Positions 12,080 to 22,140 of a stretch of 29,000 bases of DNA are shown here, one piece after another. This DNA is from Takakia lepidozioides (taxonomy: Eukaryota; Plantae; Bryophyta): the NCBI GenBank assembly GCA_030704615.1, contig JAKLZA010000290.1, positions 1-29,000 on the forward strand. The letters are read 5' to 3'. How positions within the stretch are numbered: position 1 is the first letter of the stretch; every line of letters begins with the position of its first letter. The notes under the pieces were generated by a model. That model was not told the DNA's origin, ran no database searches, and saw only the letters and a list, made by a program, of their open reading frames with translations. Position numbers and translations under genes: made by a program.

Positions 12080-12249
12080 AACAGATGAGGATTCGGATGA
12101 TTTTCAAGATTATAGAATTTTAATGAAGTCTCTGTAAATGTAAATTCTCTTCCAGAGTATATAAAGGAAATTCTGCCCGACATTCGTGACCCCTCTCCAG
12201 TGTGCATTCCAGCCACACAATCGCCCAAACCACGACGCTCCCAAAATCA

Positions 12250-12960
12250 GAAATGGGGCACCGCATTCCAAAAAACTCTAAGAACCTCTTTTGGAAATGC
12301 GGCACCGCATTTCCAAAAACAGGGGAGGGACTAAATTTTCCATTTCAATGTTGGCATAGTAAAAGTAATCTGAATTGGAAATGCGGTGCCGCATTTCCAA
12401 AATTTCCTTTGTCACACGCCAGTTTTGGCCTCTCCCGCTCATTGCATGGATGCCACCACGCTTACAGAGGTCGAACAACGAGGTCGAACAAGGAGGTCGA
12501 GATGGCGGGATTGAAAATGCGGTGCCGCATTTCCATATTGGGGATGGTCGTTGTTCGAACTGCAGGCCCATCAGCAAAAAATTGGCACCGCATTCCATTG
12601 TTAAAAAAAAGTCGATGACGGACATGGAAATGCGGCGCCGCATTTCCAGAACGGACATCGCAATTTGTCCATTTGCAGACCCTCTCTCGGAAATGCGGTA
12701 ACGCATTCCATCGCGCTGGTCGGAAATGTCACACTTTTCGAAGTGTTGGACGGAAATGCGGCACCGCATTCCCTTGTCCAAAAAGAAGTTTCCATTGCCA
12801 AGCTGGAAATGCGTCGCCGCATTTGCAATGCCAACCTCGTTTTCTGATCAATTTATAGACCCGTGTTGGTATTTCGTGTACCCGGAAATGATGCACCGCA
12901 TTTCTTGACATGGAAATGCACCGCATTCCCGACATGGAAAGGATTGGAAATGCCGCATTT
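12250..12960. repeat. Second cluster (~11 copies) of the same palindrome, between convergent gene ends
   Basis: Copies at 12250, 12294, 12378, 12514, 12578, 12627, 12690, 12753, 12806, 12885, 12913. Confidence 0.92.
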
Positions 12961-13218
12961 CAATGTCCGACATGGCGTTACTCTGGTATATTCTTGACAC
13001 ATGACTCACATACCGGTTACTCTGCTATATTCATCCGGACAGACACATTGTAGAAATGAGACATCAAATTGTAAACAGTGGGCCAATTCCGACAGTTATT
13101 CAACAGAATGAAACACAATCATACAGAAGTGAGGTACGATGGGTTTATTGATCGGACACGATGTCTCACATTTACCAACTGCAGACAAAACTAAGCCCTT
13201 CCTCCTTCTACATGGGCT

Positions 13219-13795
13219 TCACCAAGTCGACGGAACTTCGATACCCCTCAAAACAAGCTCATCACTGCTGCGGCACCTCGAGGTAAACTGCAATTCGGTC
13301 GTTCTGCTGCCCTTGCTGGAGCCGACGACAATGTCATGTCCATCAATGATACCACCATCATACATTGACAAGGTCACTGTGGGCCTCATGTGCCCGTGCG
13401 ATTCGTCTTCGCAACGCAGCCGAATGTCTCCATACACTGGAAGAGCGGAGTGATCTGCACGTATATAGTTTTCCCCGGTGCCGTCCTCCCTGGTCCACTG
13501 GCAGCAGTTCCAGCGCCAAAGCGAGGCCGTGCGTGATCTGTCCGGCATCCTTTCCAGCTTGGTATATCGAGGTCAACAATTTTCAGGACCCACGGACCGC
13601 ATTGACCCTCGCCCTCACCTCGCTCAAAGCGGTAATAGCCCTCCAGATACTCCATTGCGCGCAAAGACTCTTGCTTGATTCCAGCAGCGTCTGTGAAACA
13701 GAGAGCCAGACAATGATGTCTCCTGATTCTGGTTTGAACATAGCATAATCGTGGCCATGATAAGGGCAGTCGGCTGGATTTCGGCGGCACGGCAT
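13219..13795 (-). CDS. Orphan accessory protein, paralog A (~190 aa, frameshifted)
   Basis: MPCRRNPADCPYHGHDYAMFKPESGDIIVW...EYLEGYYRFERGE...PWVLKIVDLDIPSW...LELLPVDQGG...PVYGDIRL...SMYDGGIIDGHDIVV...ELVLRGIEVP. Colinear protein similarity with 14336-14899. Confidence 0.7.
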
Positions 13796-14335
13796 CCTTG
13801 AAAAGAGTAGCGGAGTACGCTCAATGACAGCAGCTCCCGGATGGAGGAGCGGTGGCTGGAAAAAGTTCAAGCTAACGCTGCAATTCCTCACAAACACTCC
13901 AGGGCACATTTAAATTTCCCCCCTACAGGATCCTGGACCGATGAAGATTGGCTGCTGCATGAATGTAGCCGTTTCAGTTTCCTACCCTGCCATGCAAACT
14001 ATGGGCAGTCACTGCCAGGTGGGCCGATAGCCACTGGACACGACGAAGTCCATCCCCTCTTCGATGTAAATGCGGCGCCGAATTTCCATCCGGGGGATGG
14101 ACTTCGGTGGCAGATCTCAAACTATAACTTGTTGATGAGAAAGATGTATGGCTTCATCCACCGCTGGCGTGATGAACACGTTCCACCTCCGTCGGTGGGT
14201 ACGTGTGACCCAGATGCTCCATTATTGGAGGCCGGACTGCTCTTCCGCTTCGTATCATTTCCAAAATCTAAGGGCTTCGTAGCTGTCCGCAAGGTCATCG
14301 GCATCCAAGTCGTCCTCAGGTCCTCCTTTGCAAGG

Positions 14336-14899
14336 ATGCCGTGCTTCCGGAACCGGGACGACTGCCCCTTTGGAGGCATCGATTATGCAATGTATTCGGC
14401 CACATCGGGAGACATTGTTATCTGGTACACAGATTACACAGAAGATACTGGTTCGATTGTGGAAACATTGGTGGCTTTTGAGTATATCGTAGGCCACTAC
14501 GCCTTCGAGCGGGGTGACGATCTTGGTCTGAGGAGTCCGTGGCTCCTGCGCATCCTCGATTCCGATTTTCCCAGCTACGACGGTCACCCATGCAGAAGAA
14601 GGCGCACTGCTATGCTGTTGCGGGTGGAACTGCTGCCACTGGACGTGGGTGGACTCCATCGGAGAGACCTATTCTCCTCGAGGAGTGCGCTCCTCTTCTC
14701 CATTGTATGGGGACATTCGCATTGGTGTGGACGACGAAAACGTGAAGATTTCCATATTCGATGGTGGTATGATTGAAGGGCAGGACATTGTGGTGAACAT
14801 CACTAGGGCGGTACAACGGCTGCAATCGACTTTACATGGAGGAGCCCCATGACTCATGAGCTAGTTCTGAGAGCAGTCGAAGTCCCATTGACAACGTGA
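14336..14899 (+). CDS. Orphan accessory protein, paralog B (~190 aa, frameshifted; ORF open from 13841)
   Basis: MPCFRNRDDCPFGGIDYAMYSATSGDIVIW...EYIVGHYAFERGD...PWLLRILDSDFPSY...VELLPLDVGG...PLYGDIRI...SIFDGGMIEGQDIVV...ELVLRAVEVP. Confidence 0.7.
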
Positions 14900-15308
14900 C
14901 TTGTATTCAGTAGGCACAGGGCTCAAGATTTGAGGGCACAATCAGCACAGTAGACGTGCTTCAAATGCAATTCATGTGGATCAATAAAAACCTCATTGTG
15001 CCCTCTTTTTATTCTATTCTGTGTCCATCGTTCCGAGAATGCGTCATTGCTCATTTCGTTTGGGATTGGGAGTGTGGGTGAATTTTGCAAATGGCTGGTA
15101 GGCTGAAATGGGCCCCCATTGTACAGAGCAGTACCACCCTACCATTCGCGAAACATTGCCTTTCAATATATAATTCTAATAACATTGCCGAACCTCCTTC
15201 ATCGGGAGGTCCTTCTCCCCCTATGACCGTGGCACCCTAAACCCTATTCCCGCGGACACTCATTTCCGGAAAATAGTGCTGCTCATTTTTTTCCACACTT
15301 ACGACTCT

Positions 15309-15366
15309 GCTCATGGCTCATGCTCATGGCGCTCATGGCTCATGGCTCATGAAATAGCAGCCCCCC
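15309..15366 (-). repeat. Right TIR plus subterminal GCTCATG repeats
   Basis: GCTCATGGCTCATGCTCATGgcGCTCATGGCTCATGGCTCATGAAATAGCAGCCCCCC, an inverted match to the left end. Confidence 0.9.
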
Positions 15367-15462
15367 ATGAGATGTACTCATTCATGGATGGCTTCAGTGG
15401 TTATAATCAAGTGCAAGTGGCAGAAGAAGACCAGGGGAAGACAACTTTCATCACAGACTGGG
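15367..15462 (+). pseudogene. Gypsy reverse transcriptase fragment, same family as the element at 16678-29000 but opposite orientation
   Basis: [31 protein letters not shown]; by eye 3 mismatches in ~96 bp to the reverse complement of ~24515-24610. Confidence 0.92.
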
Positions 15463-16178
15463 TGTTGCGGCCCTTTGCCTTGAGGGCAGGGGGGTCGGGA
15501 CACATGAGGGGCTGCCCCTGTGGTGGGGGCAGCAGCAGCGATAGGTATGGGGCTGAAGCACCCTTGAGTGCCCAAGGCACTCAAGAAGGCGGAGGCACTC
15601 ACTAGGTGGAGCCCCGCACCGGGTTGCGGTGGGTGGCTCCACAAGGGGTGGTGGTAGCTTAGCGGGACTTAGTGGGGGTGGCATAGGACTCACCATGGGG
15701 GCGGAGACCTCGTGGTGGGAGTCGTGGGGAGTCTTGGGACTCATCACGGTCCATAGGGGCCGTGGTGAGTGGGCCAAGACTCACCGCGACTCATCACCGG
15801 AGTCGAGGGTTTTTGTGTGGTTCGCCATAAAATGGCATGGCTGGTTGTGAAACCCCCGCGGACAGCTACAGAAGTATATATGGGAGTAGTAACCCGAGAA
15901 CGGTGCAAGCCCGTTGGTGACCAAAAACTAGTGAGTAAGCGAGCGAGCCGGAAAGCGACCAAAAGAGTGGGGAGCTGTTCCGGACTGCCAACTACCAAAG
16001 GGAATTCCCGCTGGTTCCAAATCGGTGGAGGGTTCTTTGGGAGTTCAAAGGGACCGTTATGCCCTGGTGAGCAGCCGAAGCTCCAAGTTGGTCCGGCGGC
16101 CAGGTTGGGAGTTGGGCGCACGCATCAAGCTAGCAACTATGACTTGAAGGGGAGCTTACCGAAGTGAGGTGCGCGACA
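15463..16178 (+). mobile_element. 5' LTR of a second LTR retrotransposon
   Basis: Starts TGTTGCG exactly where RT homology stops and ends CGCGACA, 2 nt before a tRNA-Met PBS. Confidence 0.8.
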
Positions 16179-16180
16179 CT

Positions 16181-16192
16181 TGGTATCAGAGC
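16181..16192 (+). other. Primer binding site, initiator tRNA-Met
   Basis: TGGTATCAGAGC directly after the LTR. Confidence 0.9.
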
Positions 16193-16233
16193 TTAGAGTT
16201 CAGTACGTGATCGTCCTTGGGATTGGCCTCATC

Positions 16234-16677
16234 ATGGGGTCGGGCAAGCCAAAGCGAAAGTGGAACGGCCCAAAAGATGATGATCCTGGTGAGCCCGATG
16301 GGGGCGACGTGTCACCAAGGCGGCCGTTTGAGGAAGCGATGCATGTTCTCGAAAACGAGGCCGCTCAAGAGCGGGAGGAATCAGAGGAGTCGGAGCCCGA
16401 GGAATCCTTGAGAGCTCCGACCGACCAACAGATGCCTCCCATGCCGGCAGCCTTTTGGGAAGGGTTGTTGGCGCAATTTGGCGGGACGTTGAAAGACGTG
16501 TTGAAGACGGCTAATGCCACTTCCACTAAGGCAAAATTTAAGGTGAAGCCTAAGGAACTGGCACCTTTGAGGGTGTCCGAAATCGGAAGGCACTCATTAC
16601 CTAGCTCCTGGAGCTAGAGCAGTACTTCCGGGCGGCCAAGTTGAGTGACGAGGACCGGGTGGAAGTGGCTCCCACCT
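16234..16677 (+). pseudogene. gag: gag 5' part (chromovirus/Galadriel-like), interrupted by the next element
   Basis: MGSGKPKRK...KVKPKELAP, then after frameshifts FEGVRNRKALIT...LELEQYFRAAKLSDEDRVEVA. This resembles the 'PxPFxGxR...LxxMEQYF' gag motif. Lineage call is by recall only. Confidence 0.7.
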
Positions 16678-17685
16678 TGTCGCGCGGCTTTTACTCACCC
16701 ATCCCTTCGCTATCCGAGGCGGAAACTCCAAGATAGAAGAGTTGGAAATCTCTAAGTACTCAGCCCGCGCAGAACAATCAGTCATGACCTACAGCTAGTG
16801 TATCATGGGGGTGTTTCCTATTTGTTTCCTTTTCCGCATTCATCTTAACTACCTTACCATTGATAATTAAGTATCAGTTTGCTTCATCAATTTATAGGTT
16901 TCCTTCACTCCTCCATTCAATCCACAGCTTCACTCAGATCTCTCTACACAGTGTGATTGTATCGTATAAGTATCAGATTATGATTTATCAGGTATCAGGC
17001 CGAAGCCATTGTGTCTCTATTCTCCTCTACAATATCCCTACAGCTTTGCATATATCAAGCATCTACTAATCCTCTTTCCTCCTTCATCGTGCTCACCGAC
17101 TTCCGCTCCCGTCTCACTCCGAAATCCTCCTCCCCCGAATCATAATCCCCTTCATTCCCCGTTTCTCCTTTATCCTCCTATCCGCGGTTCTAACCGTTTC
17201 CCTCTCTAACCGTCGTATGTGAACTAACATGTTCCCTTCACAGGTGTTGTTCCCCACAGTCGTTCCCTGTCCTACTCTTCGTTTCCCTATTATCGTGACA
17301 GCTGTGTAAGCGGTGACTGGCTGTGTTTGGCTGTGTCGGGCTGTGACTGGTGTGTGGCTGTGCCGGGCTGTGGGCTGTGTGGGCTGTGTTCTGCTGTGAC
17401 GACTGTGACGGGCTGTGTGGGCTACGGCTGTGTGGGCTTGTGGGCTGTGACGCTTGTGGGCTGTGACGACTGTGACGGGCTGTGTGGGTGTGTGGGCTGT
17501 GGACGACTGTGACGGGCTGTGTGGCTGTGTGGGCTGTGACTGCTGTGTGGGCTGTGTACCATGTAACCCCCCTCTACAGTGCGCTGCTGTCACCCCTAAG
17601 GTTCCTGTTGGTCTCAGTCTGTGCAAAAATTAAGGGTACCCTACAGATCCCGTATAAGTGTCTAAGTCCCTACAGTCCTCTAACA
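16678..17685 (-). repeat. 3' LTR (~1008 bp)
   Basis: On the plus strand TGTCGCG...CTCTAACA. 16678-16832 is identical to 28846-29000. PPT adjacent at the inner end. Confidence 0.88.
17300..17560. repeat. Degenerate (GGCTGTGT/GCTGTGAC)n simple repeat within the LTR
   Basis: Directly visible; a related repeat lies at 21936-22140. Confidence 0.9.
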
Positions 17686-17688
17686 TTA

Positions 17689-17702
17689 CCCCTTCCCCCC
17701 TC
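17689..17702 (-). other. Polypurine tract
   Basis: Minus strand GAGGGGGGAAGGGG, then TAA, then the LTR start TGTTAG. Confidence 0.88.
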
Positions 17703-18077
17703 AAAAAGCCGTGTCCTCACGGTTTACTGTTTCGAGTAGCAAACCTTTGTGAGTGAGCACCTTGTTGACGTTGAGAGTTTCGTGGTGGGCTGTGTGTACG
17801 AGCCCGAGGTCTGTCTCTGGTTGATGGATGGTTGATCACTACCTGGATAAGTGAGGCCTTCTGGAGGCTGATATCGAGGTAATCTTTCCGGCATAGGAGA
17901 TCCCCTTTGTTTCTTCTCCCATCTGAATTGCATAGTCTTCTCCCATGTCAAAAGAATTTTGTGAAGAAACAGTTGTATCAGAATCCTCATCGCCTCTCAG
18001 GTGTTTTAATTTTCGAACTTTTTGTGGAATCATCTGGGGCATACAATGCTGTCCTACCATGTCTGGAAGTTTGCATT

Positions 18078-21000
18078 TTACAACCTGGTGTAACCGTTGA
18101 ACAGCAAAATTGGTGTAGACACTGAGCTCCTTGTCTGTCCAGATGAGTGGGGTACCTTATGCGCGTGCAAGTATTTCCATGCGATATGTCCCTTATAGAA
18201 AATGTCATCAAGTCCGAATTTCTGTGTTGACAAATTGTTGCAGGCTGCTTGAAACCATGAACGAATTTGAGAATCCTTCTGTATCATAACTTTTGGGTCA
18301 TATAGGTACATATGAGGTGGCACCGAAGGTAATACCCAATGATCTCCACTGGAGTAACTTGAAAGCGTGCTTGCATCTTTTGTTGCTCAATGTGGTAACG
18401 TATCAGAAAACAAGCAGCGTAGTATAGCCCGCACCCCATGACAATACTTGCTATCTCCTTGGTCTTGGTATAAATGAGTCCATGTACAACCTGGAAAGCA
18501 ACCAATTCCCTCAACATGGTACCTGCCTCGTGCCAGTATTGTGCAAAGTGATGATCTTCAATATGTCGATTGTTTGGAAGAACTTTAGTCCTGGTTGCCA
18601 CTGGCAGCCAAATACGCATGATTTGGTAGTAATGTGCGAATGACTGCGGAGGACTAAATTCTTTCCAAGCCAAATCCAACATGATGGGAATTTGGTTGAA
18701 GGGCATAATCATAGCCCTACTGTACTCCCTGGCAGCTGGAGTTTTAGGTGGGTTAAAAGCTGCATTGCCCCATACCTCCGGCTGTGGTGGCTGTGGTGTG
18801 GTTGTAGTAACCACAGGTTCAGCTACTGGTACACTGACCTGTTGTGGTGGTGGTGGTACTGGTTCCTGTACCATTGGCATCTCCTGCACCTCCTGTGAAG
18901 ACTGAAAAGCCAGAGTTCTGGCTTGCAAATAAGAAGCCATTAGCTGTTCCTGAGGGATATAGACTCTTTGGTCGATGTTTGAAGTGAGGTCTTCCACTTG
19001 AGTCTGGAGTCCGTCTACATCCTCTTGTAACTCTGCTATCCTACTATAGACATTGTCTATAGTAGTTGTGGCAATGTTCTGCACCTGCAGTCTGAGCTCA
19101 TTCATCTCGCTTTGGGTGAGCTTCCGTGGGCTTTGCCTCTACTGGCCCTTGTGCTAACCAGACCTGCATAAGGCTGTTATCCACCAAGCTGCTTGTGGTT
19201 CCCCTGAGAGTTTGCTCCTCTCTTAGCTTGTACAATTCCAACTGCTGTTGTAAAGCCTCCATGCGCTTCGCCTGTGGCTCAACCAATTGCGCATAGGCAG
19301 CAAGTAGATTATTGGCTTCCTTCGAAGCCTTGTTACTGACCGCGATTTCATTTCTATTGGCCACGATGGTTTGTTGCAACTCCACGATGTATTTCTCTTG
19401 ATCAGCTTCCATCTGCCTGTATTGCTTGAAAGTATCTTCATTGCGACAGATTGTATTCTTCATATCGACAATGAGCTTCATTGCTCCACATTCTCTTCTT
19501 CTGCCTTCGTACATTTTTCCGCTTGACTGTTTATTTCTTTGTTGATTGGTCAAGCATAGTTGTAAATGTAGCGCATTGTATCGCTGTTATGCACTGTCTG
19601 CAACTCCGTATGTAGTGCATTCAGTTCTTGCAACTTGCTTTCATGCTGCACCTGCATTTGGTATAGCTGTTGCTTATGTGCTTCGTGCAACTGGTCTTGC
19701 GCGAGGCCTGCCTCAATCAATTGTTGCTTGGCCAATTGCAAAGCCATTTCTGTATTGGCCAAGTCCTGCTTCATCTTGAGAGTGACCTCTTCATCGACCT
19801 TGTTTGCACACTCAGTGGCAAGTCGAGCCTCAAACTCCTTCCTGAGTTCTTCTTTCAAGGCTGTCAATTGGGTAATTGGAACATGGGATTTGACATAAGT
19901 CCCCAACAAATTAAGTGTCCTGCCTATGGAACTCATCAGCATTGCCTGTTGAGGGTCATCATGGTGAGGTTGCTGCTGTTCCTCCTGATCTTCAACAGTA
20001 TGATGTCTCACTAACCATTCAGCCATTGTCCCACCGGATTTTCTTCCTGAACTACTTCATTTATGACCGGTGCTACAGTGTCATGGCCTTCCGCCTGTGG
20101 TACCTCCGACACAGGTGTGTGCATTATATGCACCTCAGGATTTCCCTTGGGCAACTGTTGCACCTCTGGGATTTCTGTCTCCTTGACCAGACCAGAATAT
20201 TCATAGAGAAGGTCCCCTTTCTCTATTTCTGCCACTATCTGTTCTGTAGTTGGAATATCTATCCCTTCACTTTCCAAATCAATTATTTCGGGTTGAGCTG
20301 CATGGATAACTTGTGACCTTGTGACAAGTCGTTCAAGTGGCTGTTGGTTGTGATGCAGAAGTAACTTCTTCCTCCCTCTCTGAAGGTCCTGCTTCCAGTA
20401 ATAACATTCTTTGTGCTGCTGTGCCCCTTCCTGGTCATGAGCTTGGGAAACATTATCATGCGGAATCCGTGAAGCCAGTGGATCCGCCACTACAGTCTTT
20501 CCCCTTCTCTGCCTCTTAGTCTCGGGTTGTGCTGCTAGTCCACCCTCACTGTGTGAAGAGCCTTGCTCTTCCATTGCAGTTGTTTCTGGCTCAAACACTC
20601 CCATTTCCTTCCTTTCTTGTGCATTAAGTATGCCAGAATAAGGATTATTTGAGCAATGATTGGGCCAGACACTATGATAGGAGATTTTGCGGTAGTACCT
20701 TGTAATCTTTTCATCTCCTCTACCCAGTGCGTTTGTACATTATGTCCGCCCATGTACCTCTTGTCCCTTCAAGCCTTTGAGGATTTCCTCTGTGAAGGAT
20801 CTGCTCAAATATTGTTGGTTCTGTTTCAGGGCAATCAGAACGTTCAATACTGGCCTATGTCTTTTAACCCTGGGTACACAGCTTTGGTACAAGCATAACC
20901 CTGAGTTTTAAAGAAACTCCCTTCTTGGAATAAATCCCCTATTTGCAGTCTTTCCCTGTGTTCCTCCACATACACATGACCTGCTGGCAATCGAAACAAT

Positions 21001-21370
21001 TGCTGGAGGTATAGGGGAGTAATCATTAATTCAACTCCCTTCACCGTGTTGTTCCTGTCCTTGGCTCAAAGTTCTGCAAAAATTGTAACATGTACTGTCT
21101 ATGGTGTAGTGTCCAATCCATGCTTTGCAATCCTTCCAATCTCAGCTCCTTCAGTATCTTTATCGCCTGTGGGGTAGCCATCGTTTGTTTCTGCAGAATT
21201 GTGGTGCTCTTCACCCTGATTTCCTCCATTCCTCTCACTCTCTTCATCTTAGACTCACAGAACTGCTTTGGCTGTAACAACTGCAGGAATGCCTGTAGTG
21301 CACAAAGCATAAACGTATGGTTGCCGCAGAAAGCTATGGGTAATCTCTTGTAAGCCTGCGGGGCTTGCAA
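18078..21370 (-). CDS. Extra sense-strand ORF 3' of pol (probably one ~1000-aa protein split by frameshifts)
   Basis: Chain of abutting minus-strand ORFs: 21041-21370, 20844-21044, 20535-20753, 20011-20604, 19550-20026, 19098-19553, 18284-19105, 18078-18323. N-terminal QFLQNF...VKGVELMITPLYLQQLFRLP, central coiled coil, aromatic-rich C-terminal domain. Confidence 0.65.
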
Positions 21371-21935
21371 GCATTGTTCAAGAGAAAAGCTCTGCTCTTC
21401 GTTTCGTGTCTATGCCACTGCGTAAGTAATATTGCGAGCGTATAGTCTGTTAGTTCCTCCATAGTTTCCAAGTTATAGCATTTATGGCCTGTCCTGTCGA
21501 GACGCCCGTTACTCAGAACGACGCCGCCTCTTGCGCTCAATTTCCCTCCATTTTCTTGATCATTTCTCTGGTTTTCTATTGGCTGTATCGCTGTGACTGG
21601 ATTTTAACTTTTATCTTCTTTAGTGGACTTTCCCTGTTGGATAGTCCACTAGGATCACACATGCGACATGAATTCGCTTTTCTGTACTTGCCGTTCGTTC
21701 CGTTTCCCTTTTTCCGTATTCATTAATGGGCCCGCCTTTCATCCCTTTTGACGGCCGTTCTTGTCCTCTTTCTTTTTGACACCTGTCCTTGCACTTCATT
21801 CTCTGCTGTGTGTCGCACCCTGACCTCCACGTGTCTATTTTTAAATTAATTTCCGTTTCTTCTTCCTTCAGCCATTTTCCTGAAGTTTTTATGTGTCCAC
21901 TTGTCACTGATTCTATGGATCGTGTAACTTTAGTA

Positions 21936-22140
21936 GGCTGTGTTGAGCTGTGACAGGCTGTGTCATACTGTGTTACGCTGTGATAGGCTGTGTTGCACTG
22001 TGGTAAGCTGTGATAGGCTGTGACACGCTGCTGTGATAGGCTGTGGTCGTGGGCTGTGATAAGGCTGTGATTTGTGTGTGATGGGCTGTGGCTGTGTCAA
22101 TGATAGGCTGTGTCGCTGATGGGCTGTGATAGGCTGTGTC
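21936..22140. repeat. (GGCTGTGATA/GCTGTG)n simple repeat at the end of pol
   Basis: Directly visible; overlaps the low-complexity tail of ORF 21963-23030. Confidence 0.85.

Larger units (their letters stand above)
123..15366. mobile_element. Large Mutator-like (MULE) TIR DNA transposon with accessory genes
   Basis: Imperfect TIRs: left GGGGGTTTACTATTTCATGAGC, right reverse complement GGGGGGCTGCTATTTCATGAGC. Inverted subterminal CATGAGC repeats at both ends. Internal MULE-type DDE transposase. Both ends cut abruptly into retrotransposon coding sequence. Boundaries are uncertain by 1-2 bp and no TSD is seen. Confidence 0.88.

Noticed and set aside
123-15366. CACTA, PIF/Harbinger or KDZ/Zisupton classification
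   Set aside because: No CACTA termini or TAA/TTA TSD. The D..D-CxxH..TNxAESxH core with a SWIM finger fits MULE best.
15276-15605. 109-aa ORF with RT similarity
   Set aside because: It is a chimeric frame across the TIR, the RT fragment and the LTR, not a gene.
16678-17300. Shorter LTR ending at CGTGACA (good inverted match to TGTCGCG)
   Set aside because: No PPT is adjacent there; the PPT at 17689-17702 places the boundary at 17685. The full 5' LTR outside the window would settle it.
17114-17626. Thr/His/Gln-rich 170-aa ORF
   Set aside because: It is a translation of the LTR simple repeat.
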